From: Candidatus Binatia bacterium
GTDB taxonomy: Bacteria; Desulfobacterota; Binatia; UBA12015
Assembly: GCA_965658895.1 (NCBI GenBank)
Contig: CBFHUR010000003.1
Location: 39,981-103,980, forward strand
Reading direction: 5' to 3'
Length of the DNA: 64,000 nucleotides
Shown: positions 37,040 to 46,499 of the stretch, piece by piece
Position numbering within the stretch: position 1 is the first letter of the stretch
How the letters are laid out: each line of letters starts with the position of its first letter
Notes under the pieces: model-generated
What the model was told of the DNA's origin: nothing
The model's input: the letters and a program-made list of their open reading frames with translations, nothing else
Database searches by the model: none
Program-made: the position numbers and the translations under genes

Positions 37040-37932
37040 TCCTTCGTCCCCGCAGGAAGCGATACCCGCACAGTTCCACGAGCCCGCAGGTCATCGAGAT
37101 AGGAACGCAGGGCGATATCGCCGGCTCTTCGTTGCATCTCGGTGCGGACTTCCTTTTCGACCTCCGTGAGGGGCGGGCGGATTCCGGGCTCTGCATCCAC
37201 GATCCGGAGCACATAGTAGGCTGCGCCTCCGCGCACCGGATCGCTGACCTCGCCTGGTTTCAGCCGGAGTGCTGCTCGGGTGGGGCTTGGGCCGATGTAC
37301 TCGCGTACTTTCGCCGGCGGCAGCATCCCCTGCGGGAAAGGAATGACCGAGGAGTCTGCAAGCTCGGTGCGCACGGCGTCGGGCGAAACACCCGCGCGCA
37401 GATCTGCGGCTGCTTTTGTCGCTCGGGCTGCGGCTTCGCGATCACTCTCTCCCGCACGGGCCGCGAAACGCATCGGATCGACCCAGAGCCGCCCGGTGCG
37501 AGCGAAGTAGTTGCCGTTCTCGGTGTAGAATTCTTGCAGCTGTTCGGCGGTTGGTTCCTCGGGCTGGGCATCGGCCACGATGGAGTCGATCATTTGCCGG
37601 ACCAGCAAGGCGCGCACGCGGCGATCATGCTGATCCACGCCCAATTCGCGCGCGCGTTGGACCAGAAGTTCCTCTTCGATCAGGCGGTTCAGGACGTGTG
37701 TGCGTTCCGCCGGGCCGATGGCATTACGCGCATCGGCAGCCAGGAGTCCGACAGCCTGCTCGAAGGCTTCGGCTTCGATCGGTACGCCGTTGACGGTGGC
37801 CGCAATCCCGGTTTGGAGATTATTGTCGAACTCCGTCCTCTCGCGAAGGACCCCGAGGCCGCCCAGAATCAGCCCGAGGGCTGCGCCCAGAACGAGAAGG
37901 AGGGAGGGTCGATTTGCTTTGGTCTCCTGCAT
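37036..37932 (-). CDS. SurA/PpiC-like peptidyl-prolyl isomerase / periplasmic chaperone
   Basis: N-terminal TM, AATVNGVPI, LIEEELLVQRARELG, GEVSDPV; TAGCGT 7 nt upstream of ATG. Confidence 0.8.
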   Translation of the reverse strand: MQETKANRPSLLLVLGAALGLILGGLGVLRERTEFDNNLQTGIAATVNGVPIEAEAFEQAVGLLAADARNAIGPAERTHVLNRLIEEELLVQRARELGVDQHDRRVRALLVRQMIDSIVADAQPEEPTAEQLQEFYTENGNYFARTGRLWVDPMRFAARAGESDREAAARATKAAADLRAGVSPDAVRTELADSSVIPFPQGMLPPAKVREYIGPSPTRAALRLKPGEVSDPVRGGAAYYVLRIVDAEPGIRPPLTEVEKEVRTEMQRRAGDIALRSYLDDLRARGTVRVSLPAGTKD

Positions 37933-38060
37933 GCAGGGCACGCTATCTGATCTGGGGACAAGCTCAATTGGGGGAATTCGACCTTCGGAGTCGGCCCCGG
38001 CAGAACGGGTCTGGCGCCAGCGATCGAGATGCTTTAGACGAAAGGGAGGGGGACCAGTCT

Positions 38061-38636
38061 ATGGCCGAGGAAGCGCGATCAAAATTTCATCGTATGGACG
38101 AAGGCACAGTCGAGGATTGGATGATCATCGGCCACAGCCATATGGAATTTACCGGAGGGACCGCAAAGCGAGTTCTTCGCCATCTCGAACTGCTCGACGG
38201 CGATTACGGCGGTTTTGCGGTCGATCGTCTGAAGCACAGCCTGCAGACAGCTACGTTAGCCATGCGCGATGGTCGCGACGAAGAGTATGTCGTCTGCGCC
38301 CTTCTCCACGATATCGGGGATACTCTGGCCCCGACGAATCACCCGTCGATCGCTGCGGGACTTTTGAAGCCCTGGGTCTCGGAGCAGAACCATTGGATTG
38401 TCGAACATCATGGCATCTTTCAGGGGTATTATTTCTGGCACTTTCTCGGAGGGGACCGGAACGATCGCGACCGCTTTATCGAGCATCCATTTTACGATTC
38501 CTGCGCCGAGTTCTGCGAGCTTTATGATCAACGGGCTTTCGATCCCAAAGGAGAGACCTTGCCTCTGCAGGAGTTCGCGCCGATGGTGGAACGCGTCTTT
38601 GCCGAGGGGCAACCGGCGATCGCCGCTGCAAGCTGA
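38061..38636 (+). CDS. HD-domain protein, PhnZ/MIOX-like di-iron oxygenase or phosphohydrolase family
   Basis: HSLQTA, ALLHDIG, NH, EHH, YDQ ligand pattern; GGAGG RBS. Confidence 0.8.
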   Translation: MAEEARSKFHRMDEGTVEDWMIIGHSHMEFTGGTAKRVLRHLELLDGDYGGFAVDRLKHSLQTATLAMRDGRDEEYVVCALLHDIGDTLAPTNHPSIAAGLLKPWVSEQNHWIVEHHGIFQGYYFWHFLGGDRNDRDRFIEHPFYDSCAEFCELYDQRAFDPKGETLPLQEFAPMVERVFAEGQPAIAAAS

Positions 38637-38799
38637 AGGTTTCGGGCGAACGACGGTTTCGAGCCGGCGGATTTGCCGCAGAGCGGGCCTGTCCCGCCCG
38701 GATGCGATCCGGCTTTTCCTGCGTTAGGAATTTTGGGGAGCGCCCGTTCGGGCGACGGCCCGGGTAAACCCGGTTGGCGAATTTCCGAAGGAGAATCGA

Positions 38800-39969
38800 A
38801 TGCAGGAAGTAGTGATTGTCGAAGCGGCGCGCAGCGCCATTGGTCGCCGCAAAGGCGCATTTGCCGGGCTGCAGGCCGCCGATCTCCTGGGCGCGGTCCA
38901 GAAGGCGTGTGTCGAAAGGGCGGGGATTGACCCCAAGGAAGTCGGGCAAGTTGTCGGTGGCTGTGTCTCGCAGGTCGGTGAGCAGAGCTTCAATATCGCG
39001 CGCGTTGCCTGGTTGAGCGCCGGCCTCCCGCTGGAGGTCGCCTCGACAACAGTGGATAGCCAATGTGGTTCGTCGCAGCAGGCCGTTTCTGTTGCGGCCG
39101 GTCTCGTCGGAGCCGGGATCGAAGATGTGGTGTTGGCCTGTGGCGTGGAGACCATGACGCGAATCCCTCTGGGCCAGAATATGAAGGGTGGTTTTCCGAT
39201 GACCGCTCAATACGTTTCTCGCTATGCGCCGACCTCTCAATTTCAGGGCGCCGAGATGATTGCCAAGAACTATGGTCTGACGCGCGAAGATGCCGATCGC
39301 TTCGGGCTGCGTAGTCAGGAGCGCGCCATCGCCGCATGGAAAGCCGGACACTTCGACAAGGAAGTGGTTGCTCTGGAGTCACCGGTTCTGGACGAGGCGG
39401 GCGAGCCGACGGGGGCATTGGAGGAAGTGACCCGCGACGGTGGTTTGCGCGAGACTTCTCTGGACAAGTTGGCAGGGCTGAATCCGGTGCAGGAAGGCGG
39501 GATTCATACGGCTGGATCGGCGTCCCAGGTTTCCGATGGCGCGGCCGCCGTGCTCTTGATGTCGCCCGAGAAAGCCAAGGCTCTGGGGCTGAAGCCGCGA
39601 GCCCGTATCAAGGCCACCACGCTCGTGGGCTGTGATCCCGAGGTCATGCTGGAGGGGCCCATCCCGGCGACTCGCAAGGTCCTGGCGCAGACCGGATTGT
39701 CGATCGAGGACATCGATACTTTCGAGATCAACGAGGCCTTTGCCGCGGTGGTCATGGCCTGGGAAAAGGAATTCCATCCCGATACCGATCGAGTGAACCC
39801 CAAAGGTGGCGCCATTGCGATTGGCCATCCGACAGGTTGTACGGGATCTCGTCTGGTCACCACAGCATTGCATGAGCTCGAACGGACCGACGGTCGTTAC
39901 GGGTTGATTTCCATGTGTTGTGGTGGCGGACTCGGAACCGGGACGATCATCGAGAGATTGGACGGCTGA
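38800..39969 (+). CDS. Acetyl-CoA C-acyltransferase (3-ketoacyl-CoA thiolase, FadA5-like)
   Basis: QCGSSQQ, EINEAF, GHPTGCTG, MCCGGGLG; AAGGAG RBS. Confidence 0.92.
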   Translation: MQEVVIVEAARSAIGRRKGAFAGLQAADLLGAVQKACVERAGIDPKEVGQVVGGCVSQVGEQSFNIARVAWLSAGLPLEVASTTVDSQCGSSQQAVSVAAGLVGAGIEDVVLACGVETMTRIPLGQNMKGGFPMTAQYVSRYAPTSQFQGAEMIAKNYGLTREDADRFGLRSQERAIAAWKAGHFDKEVVALESPVLDEAGEPTGALEEVTRDGGLRETSLDKLAGLNPVQEGGIHTAGSASQVSDGAAAVLLMSPEKAKALGLKPRARIKATTLVGCDPEVMLEGPIPATRKVLAQTGLSIEDIDTFEINEAFAAVVMAWEKEFHPDTDRVNPKGGAIAIGHPTGCTGSRLVTTALHELERTDGRYGLISMCCGGGLGTGTIIERLDG

Positions 39970-40050
39970 CAACGGCTTCGGTTGCAGGCCTCCGGGTCCT
40001 GCAACCGAACCGCGTCCGTTGAGCAGGTCGAGAGAGCCGAGGGGAAACCG

Positions 40051-41217
40051 ATGCAGCAACGGGAACAAATTCGAGTGCTCAAGGAGCTCCTCGGTCATAT
40101 TGATGCCGGGACGAACGTGGATGCCGGTGGGCAGCTCCACAATCCCGCCAGTGCCTATACCAGCGTGCAGCTGGCCGAGGAGGAGTGGCAGAACTTCTTC
40201 CGCACGCACCCGCAAGTGATCGGAATGTCCCCCGATCTGCCGAGCCCGGGCAGCTTTCTCACGATGGAGGATTTCGGTGTCCCCGTGTTGGCGACCCGAG
40301 ATGGAAGCGGCAACTTCCGTGCCTTTGTGAACGTTTGTCGACACCGCGGAACTTTGGTGGAATCCGAGGCCCGTGGGACCAGGAAAAACTTCGTCTGCCC
40401 CTTTCATGGTTGGAGCTACAATACGCAGGGAGAATTGGTTGGATTGCCCAAGCCGAAACAATTCGGAAAGGTCGACCGCAGTTGTCTGGGATTGGTCGAG
40501 CTCCCGGCGGTCGAGAAATACGGCTTTCTCTGGGTCCACCCTGACCCGGAAGGGAGCCTGGACGTAGACGATCTTCTGGGAGGTCTGGCCGACGAGTTTT
40601 CCAGTTGGAACTTTACCGGGCTCGAGCGTCTTCAGGAGGATCTCTATCCGACGCCGATGAACTGGAAGCTGGCGATCGATACGTTCGGCGAGACGTATCA
40701 TTTCAAGGTTCTGCACCGGAACTCGCTCGCGGAATTCTTTGAGGGCGACGTGCAAGCCTACGATACCTTCGGGCGCAACCACCGAATGACCTTATGCGTG
40801 AAATCGATCCACGAGATGCGCCATACCCCGGAGAGCCAATGGCATATCAGTCAGGGAGGCTTTCCGGTCTATTACCTCTTTCCGAATATTCAGGTGAATG
40901 TCGGGCGGGCGGGGGTGACTCTGGTGCGGGTGTACCCGGTGGCGGGCAAGCCGGCTGAGTCTTTCTCGCAGATCACGTTCTACCAATGGCCGGAGATCGC
41001 GGCGCTGGAACCGGATTTCTCGCGCGAGTTCCCTCGGATTTTTGGTCAGGTGATTCGCGACGAAGACTATGCCGCGGCCGCTCTCTCTCAACGTGGTGCC
41101 AATGCGGGCACACAGGAATATTTTATCTTCGGACGCAATGAGCCGGCACTGCATCATTACCACAACACCTATCGCGAGGCTCTCGGCATGGCGGCGCTCC
41201 CGCTCAAGCCGGCCTGA
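40051..41217 (+). CDS. Rieske non-heme iron oxygenase alpha subunit
   Basis: CRHRG...CPFHGW Rieske motif; NWKLAIDTFGETYHFKVLH and ED mononuclear Fe ligands. Confidence 0.92.
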   Translation: MQQREQIRVLKELLGHIDAGTNVDAGGQLHNPASAYTSVQLAEEEWQNFFRTHPQVIGMSPDLPSPGSFLTMEDFGVPVLATRDGSGNFRAFVNVCRHRGTLVESEARGTRKNFVCPFHGWSYNTQGELVGLPKPKQFGKVDRSCLGLVELPAVEKYGFLWVHPDPEGSLDVDDLLGGLADEFSSWNFTGLERLQEDLYPTPMNWKLAIDTFGETYHFKVLHRNSLAEFFEGDVQAYDTFGRNHRMTLCVKSIHEMRHTPESQWHISQGGFPVYYLFPNIQVNVGRAGVTLVRVYPVAGKPAESFSQITFYQWPEIAALEPDFSREFPRIFGQVIRDEDYAAAALSQRGANAGTQEYFIFGRNEPALHHYHNTYREALGMAALPLKPA

Positions 41218-41283
41218 GCGCAGACGGTGCCGGGATCGGGAAATCGCTGGCAGTCGACCTTGCTCTCGTGATTGGATCCCTGC

Positions 41284-42462
41284 ATGGAACTCGTATGGGA
41301 TGAACGACCGATTGGAATGAGCTTCTGGCCGCTGGATGCAGATGCACCGGCGTCGACACCGCGCCGGGAGGATATCCGGATCCGCACGCAAGATGGTGCA
41401 TTGGTCCGCGGCGTCCTCTGGACGCCGCCCACGGGTGAGCCCTGGAAGACAGCGGTGATTCTCTCTCATCCGCGAGGGGATTTTTCCCATCATTATGCGT
41501 GTCCGCTGCTGGCGGCTGCGGGCTACGCGGTCCTGGGCTTTGCCACACGCTACCTGAACAACGATGCGGACTGTCTGCACGAGAGTTGTGTTCTCGATGT
41601 GGTGGCCGCCGCGGCCGAGATGCGTTCTCGCGGCGCCCAGAATGTGATTCTCTTCGGGAACTCCGGTGGCGGATCCTTGATGGCTTTGGCGCAGGCGGAG
41701 ACGCAATGCGGAGATGCATGGATCGGGTGTGCGGCCCACCCCGGGGAGGGGGTTTTCATGGAGCAGGTCATCGACCCCTCGGTGCTCGACGAGACCGATG
41801 CTCTGGGGGTCAATCCAGATCTGGATATGTATGATCCGGCCAATGGCTGGCGGCCATGGCCGGAGCCTTGCCAGTACGATCCGGCCTGGGTGGCACGATA
41901 CCGACAAGCCCAGAGAGCGCGGATCGAGACGATCGATGCGCGCGCCCGGGAGGCGCTGGCCATCGGCAAGCAGGGGCGGGCGGATGCACGTGATGCGGTC
42001 GCGGGAAGTGACGCGTGGCGAGATGGGCGTCGTCGTGGGCTTTATACGCCGTATATGGTCACGTACCGGACTCTCGCAAATCCGGCCTATCTCGATCTCT
42101 CCATCGAGCCCGACGACCGTCCGATGGGATCACTCTTTGCCTTCCCTGATCCATTTGAATCAAACTATTCAAGCTTTGGTCTGGGACGCGTGATGACGCC
42201 GCGGGGCTGGCTTTCGACGTGGTCGAGTATCTCGTCTCCGGCACGCCTGGCCGATACGATGCCGCGGGTGAATTGCCCGACGATGATTCTGCATCCAACC
42301 GCCGATACCGAAATCCGGCTGTCCCAGGCTCGCGCCATCCGCGATGCTTCCGGAGCGAAAGATCGCACCTACGTCGAACTCGAAGATGCACCGCACTATC
42401 TGGAGGGCCATCGCGTTTCTGCCATGGAGCAGGTCGACGCCTGGATCCGCGCGCGGTTCTAA
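41284..42462 (+). CDS. Alpha/beta hydrolase
   Basis: GNSGG nucleophile elbow, PTAD, APHY. Confidence 0.8.
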   Translation: MELVWDERPIGMSFWPLDADAPASTPRREDIRIRTQDGALVRGVLWTPPTGEPWKTAVILSHPRGDFSHHYACPLLAAAGYAVLGFATRYLNNDADCLHESCVLDVVAAAAEMRSRGAQNVILFGNSGGGSLMALAQAETQCGDAWIGCAAHPGEGVFMEQVIDPSVLDETDALGVNPDLDMYDPANGWRPWPEPCQYDPAWVARYRQAQRARIETIDARAREALAIGKQGRADARDAVAGSDAWRDGRRRGLYTPYMVTYRTLANPAYLDLSIEPDDRPMGSLFAFPDPFESNYSSFGLGRVMTPRGWLSTWSSISSPARLADTMPRVNCPTMILHPTADTEIRLSQARAIRDASGAKDRTYVELEDAPHYLEGHRVSAMEQVDAWIRARF

Positions 42463-44336
42463 TCGGCCGGGGGGTCGGTGTGAGCGCGGGCGAAATCCAG
42501 AAGTTCTCGGTGCGCCTGCGTGATTTTCTCGAAGTCGAGCTTCTCGACTGCACGGTCATAGGTCAGGAGCCCGTTGACCTCGATTTCCACATCGGTGATC
42601 TGGGTGTAGACGGCCTGGCTGAGTCCTTTTTCGATCAGGGGTCGCAGTTTATCGAGCAAGCGCAGGTACTCCGCGGTGAGCGCCTCGGATGAATCCATCA
42701 TTCTGTAGACAAACTTCTGCTTTTCTTCCCAGATATGTCCGGGCTCGATCAAGCCGAGGCCGCCGTATTCCGAGCATCCTTGTGCGCGGGACCCGCTGTC
42801 GCGGGGTGCGACAGGAGAGGGATAGTGGTGGGAGGTCAAGAGATCTCCCGCACCCTGATCAAACCAGCCCGAGGCAGCATCGATCGGCCGGCTGGTATCG
42901 ATGGCGCGGATTTTCTCGACGGCAGCGGCCGAGTCGAATTGGCCCCAGGCTTCATTGAACGGTACCCATCCCGCGATGCAGGGTACGTCGCGGAGTTGAT
43001 GGACCATCTCGTCGAGCTCGACATGGAAGGCGTTCCGGTCGGCCCGGCGGCCGCGCCCATGGCGCCAGCGCATCCGATCATCACTCAGGTGTTTGCCGGT
43101 GGCGAGAAACCAGGGAGTCCAGAAGAAAAAGGGAAGAGCCCCCCGTTTGCCGCAGGGCATGTCCTGCCATACGGCCAGACCCAACCGGTCGCAGTGATGG
43201 TACCAGCGCATGGGTTCGACCTTGATGTGCTTGCGCACCATATTGAAGCCCATCTGGTCAATCTGCTCGACGTCGAAACGCAGGGCCTCGTCGGTGGGGG
43301 CCGTATAAAGTCCGTCTGGCCAATAGCCCTGGTCGAGCGGTCCCAATTGAAAGACGGGTTCGCCATTCCATTGCAGACGAGCCTCGCCGTGGCGATCCTG
43401 GCGGATATCGAACCAGCGAAGACCGAAATACGAGTCGATGGTGTCGAGGATCTGATCGCCCCGACAGAGCTCGGCGCGAAGGCCATAGAGGTGGGGGTCG
43501 GTCCGAGACCAAAGTCGTGGCGCGTCGGGCCGCAAGGATAGAGCCTCGCCCGCAGCGGTCTCTCCCTGAGCCACCACCGGTGTGGGCGTGCCGTCTTCGG
43601 GAAAGGCCTGTTCGCGCGCCACCAGGCGAATGTGGAGTCCGGTCGGATCGCCAGCGATCTCCGGGGTGACCAGAATCTCCTCGCCGCCGATTTGTGGTTC
43701 CAGCCGCAGGTTTCGGATCGAGGCTTCGGGGACCGATTCCAGCCATACGGTCTGCCAGATCCCGGAGACCGCAGAATAGAAAACCAGCTTGGGCTTCAGC
43801 GATTGTTTTCCGACGGCCTGCCCCTGTTTTCCGGTGGGGTCGATGACGGCGACTTGCAGCACTTGTTCCCCGTCGCCGCGCAATGCATCGGTGATGTCGA
43901 AGGAAAACGCACCAAACCCGCCCCGGTGGCTGCCGACGGCTTTTCCGTTGACGATCACGTGCGCTTCCCAGTCCACGGCCCCGAAATGAAGGACGACGCG
44001 GCGATCCTGCCACGGACGCGGGACCTCGAAAGTCCGGTGCATCCAAAGGCATTGTCCTGGTTGCAGCGGTTCGCCGACGCCCGAAAGCGAGGACTCGATC
44101 GGGAAGGGGACCAGAATTTCGCGATCCCCTCGCGTTGCCTCGGCGCCGGCGCGCGTGAGGCCGAAACGCCAGAGCCCATTGAGCGAACGCCATCCCGGAT
44201 CTCCGGCCGGTCCTTGCCGGACCATTTGGGGGCGGGGGTATTCGGGAAGCGGGTTCTCCGGGTTCAGGTCTGCGGCAAATCGACTATGCAGAGGGGTTGT
44301 TGCCGCTCTCCATCGGGTCTGGGAATTTTTATCCAT
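42459..44336 (-). CDS. Glycoside hydrolase family 2 (beta-galactosidase / galactofuranosidase-like)
   Basis: EYPRPQM, HFGAVD, SGIWQTVWLE, LDQGYWPDG, RKHIKVEP, WVPFNE (acid/base), SEYGG (nucleophile). Confidence 0.9.
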   Translation of the reverse strand: MDKNSQTRWRAATTPLHSRFAADLNPENPLPEYPRPQMVRQGPAGDPGWRSLNGLWRFGLTRAGAEATRGDREILVPFPIESSLSGVGEPLQPGQCLWMHRTFEVPRPWQDRRVVLHFGAVDWEAHVIVNGKAVGSHRGGFGAFSFDITDALRGDGEQVLQVAVIDPTGKQGQAVGKQSLKPKLVFYSAVSGIWQTVWLESVPEASIRNLRLEPQIGGEEILVTPEIAGDPTGLHIRLVAREQAFPEDGTPTPVVAQGETAAGEALSLRPDAPRLWSRTDPHLYGLRAELCRGDQILDTIDSYFGLRWFDIRQDRHGEARLQWNGEPVFQLGPLDQGYWPDGLYTAPTDEALRFDVEQIDQMGFNMVRKHIKVEPMRWYHHCDRLGLAVWQDMPCGKRGALPFFFWTPWFLATGKHLSDDRMRWRHGRGRRADRNAFHVELDEMVHQLRDVPCIAGWVPFNEAWGQFDSAAAVEKIRAIDTSRPIDAASGWFDQGAGDLLTSHHYPSPVAPRDSGSRAQGCSEYGGLGLIEPGHIWEEKQKFVYRMMDSSEALTAEYLRLLDKLRPLIEKGLSQAVYTQITDVEIEVNGLLTYDRAVEKLDFEKITQAHRELLDFARAHTDPPAD

Positions 44337-44485
44337 CAGGTTCTTTCGGAAACAGTGCTGTGCATGAGCGATCGTTTCGCCGCGACAGGCGTTTCTCCCC
44401 TACTTATTGTTCGATCCGCTTGCGGAAGGCAATGAAAACCGGGCTCCGGGTGCCGTTGGTTTCCTCCGAGCCGGCTTCAAGGTAC

Positions 44486-45103
44486 ATGCGGGTCGTGGCC
44501 GATACGGAAAAGATACTGCTCGGGGATCGTTTTGCCGAGGCCTTTGCCTATGCTTCGCGACTTCACGCCACCCAGACGCGCAAGGCTAAAACCACGCCCT
44601 ACATCTCGCATTTGATGGCCGTCTCTTCGATGGTGCTGGAATGCGGGGGAGGCGAGGAGGAGGCGATTGCCGCTCTTCTGCATGATGCGGCCGAAGACCA
44701 GGGCGGACAAGCGACGCTGGATGTCATCGCAGAGCGCTTCGGGGCCCGGGTGGCCGGGATTGTCGAGGAATGCAGCGACAGTCTGGTGGATACGCGACAA
44801 GAGAAACGTCCCTGGCGTCAGCGCAAGGAAGAGTTTCTCGAGCGCCTGGTCGGGGCTTCGCCGGGGTGCCGTCTGGTGACGGCTTGCGACAAACTTCATA
44901 ATCTTTCCGATGTCCTGGCCGATTATGCGGTCGTGGGCGAGGCCTTGTGGGAGCGATTCAGTGGGGGGCGCGAGGGAAGTGCTTGGTATTACCGGGAAAT
45001 CTCGCGAATTCTCGGGCCCGATGGCAACCGGGCTGCGCGCGAACTTGTCCTCGCTTCCGCACGACTCGACCGGGCTTTGGGGCTGGGCGAAGAAGGTGGA
45101 TGA
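44486..45103 (+). CDS. Small alarmone hydrolase-like HD protein (RelA/SpoT HD, Mesh1-like)
   Basis: HATQTRK, PYISH, LLHDAAED, ACDKLHN. Confidence 0.85.
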   Translation: MRVVADTEKILLGDRFAEAFAYASRLHATQTRKAKTTPYISHLMAVSSMVLECGGGEEEAIAALLHDAAEDQGGQATLDVIAERFGARVAGIVEECSDSLVDTRQEKRPWRQRKEEFLERLVGASPGCRLVTACDKLHNLSDVLADYAVVGEALWERFSGGREGSAWYYREISRILGPDGNRAARELVLASARLDRALGLGEEGG

Positions 45104-45163
45104 AAAAACTTCCCGCCTGACATATTTTCCGATGGCAGGAAGCATGTTTGGATAGAAAGCAGG

Positions 45164-46459
45164 ATGAACCTGCTCCGATCAGATCGCCCTCTTCGCATAT
45201 GGCTCTGGGCCTTATGCCTGCTTCCGGCTGTGGGGGTTGTCTTCCTTTCTTCCTACTCGTTGTCGAGACGGCTCGGGTTGGTAGCGTTCGGTCTGATTGC
45301 CTTTGGTGGGTTCGCTCATGCTCGGCTGCGCCTTGACCGGACATTGCAGGCAAATTCGATCTGGCCGCTGCCGGGCATGGCCTATCGCCTGATCGGTTTT
45401 CCGCTGGACTTGTTTATGATCCTGCAAATGCTCGTGGCCCGCGGATCGGCTGAGGGCAGCTGGATGAACGGCCCGGGTTTCATGTGGGTGGGGCCGGTTT
45501 GGTATAGTGCCCATGCCATCGTATTTTTTGTCTATTTGTTGGCGAGTTTGGTGGGCTGGATCCGACGCATTCTGCCGCGAACGCAGAAGGTGGCGTCGCC
45601 GCCCGCTTCGCCCGACCGGCGGAAATTTCTCGAAGGATCGATTGTGGCCGCCGCTGGTGTGCCTTTTGCGATCTCGCTGTCGGGCGTGGGGACTTCCTAC
45701 GACTTCCAGGTCGAGGAACGAGAGGTCTATCTCCCGAATTGGCCTCGATCCCTCGACGGCCTCCGGGTGGCGCATTTGTCCGACATTCATGTCGGGGGCG
45801 CGATGGATGCCATTCGTTTGCAGCGCGTGGCGGAACTGACCAATCAGGCGCGTCCCGATATCGTGATGCATACCGGAGATTTTCTTACCCACCGGGATGG
45901 TGATTTTGATGCACCGCTCTATCCGGCGCTCGCGCAGATTCGGGCGCCTCTCGGACAATGGGCGTGCCGGGGCAATCACGATTTTGACGATCCTGTCGGG
46001 TTTCCCCGCAAGCTGGACCAGGCGGGCGTGAATCTGCTGCGCGATCAGCAGACAATCCTGAACGTCTCCGGCGAAGAAATTCGTGTTGGTGGTCTGGACT
46101 ATGTGCGCCCCGATCAGGGTCGGGCGGAAGCCTACGCCGCGCATACCCGCGGGATGGGCCCACACGATGGAGAACCGCGGATTCTTCTCCTGCACGACCC
46201 GTCGCAATGGGTCCATATTCCCGAGAATGCAACGAACCTGGTGCTCTCGGGGCATACGCATGGCGGCCATATCGGGATTCCCTGGGGACAGGGGGCCTTG
46301 TGGACGGTGGTCGGCGCTGTGGGAATCCCGGACCAGGGGATTTTTACCCGTGCCGACGATGCTCGCCTTTACGTGACCCGGTGCGTCGGGTTCTACGGTT
46401 ATCCGCTGCGTTTGGGGATCCCGCCCGAGATTGCCTTGTTGAACTTGCGGTCCGCCTGA
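45164..46459 (+). CDS. Membrane metallophosphoesterase (YkuE/YaeI-like)
   Basis: SDIH, TGDF, GNHD, LLHDP, SGHTHGG, PPEI; four N-terminal TMs then PDRRKFL. Confidence 0.88.
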   Translation: MNLLRSDRPLRIWLWALCLLPAVGVVFLSSYSLSRRLGLVAFGLIAFGGFAHARLRLDRTLQANSIWPLPGMAYRLIGFPLDLFMILQMLVARGSAEGSWMNGPGFMWVGPVWYSAHAIVFFVYLLASLVGWIRRILPRTQKVASPPASPDRRKFLEGSIVAAAGVPFAISLSGVGTSYDFQVEEREVYLPNWPRSLDGLRVAHLSDIHVGGAMDAIRLQRVAELTNQARPDIVMHTGDFLTHRDGDFDAPLYPALAQIRAPLGQWACRGNHDFDDPVGFPRKLDQAGVNLLRDQQTILNVSGEEIRVGGLDYVRPDQGRAEAYAAHTRGMGPHDGEPRILLLHDPSQWVHIPENATNLVLSGHTHGGHIGIPWGQGALWTVVGAVGIPDQGIFTRADDARLYVTRCVGFYGYPLRLGIPPEIALLNLRSA

Positions 46460-46499
46460 AATCAGAACACCACGGGCAGGGTTTTTTGCCGGCCGTGGT

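Noticed and set aside
44486-46459. SAH plus neighbour as a toxSAS toxin-antitoxin module
   Set aside because: No synthetase (toxin) gene is adjacent; the neighbour is a metallophosphoesterase.
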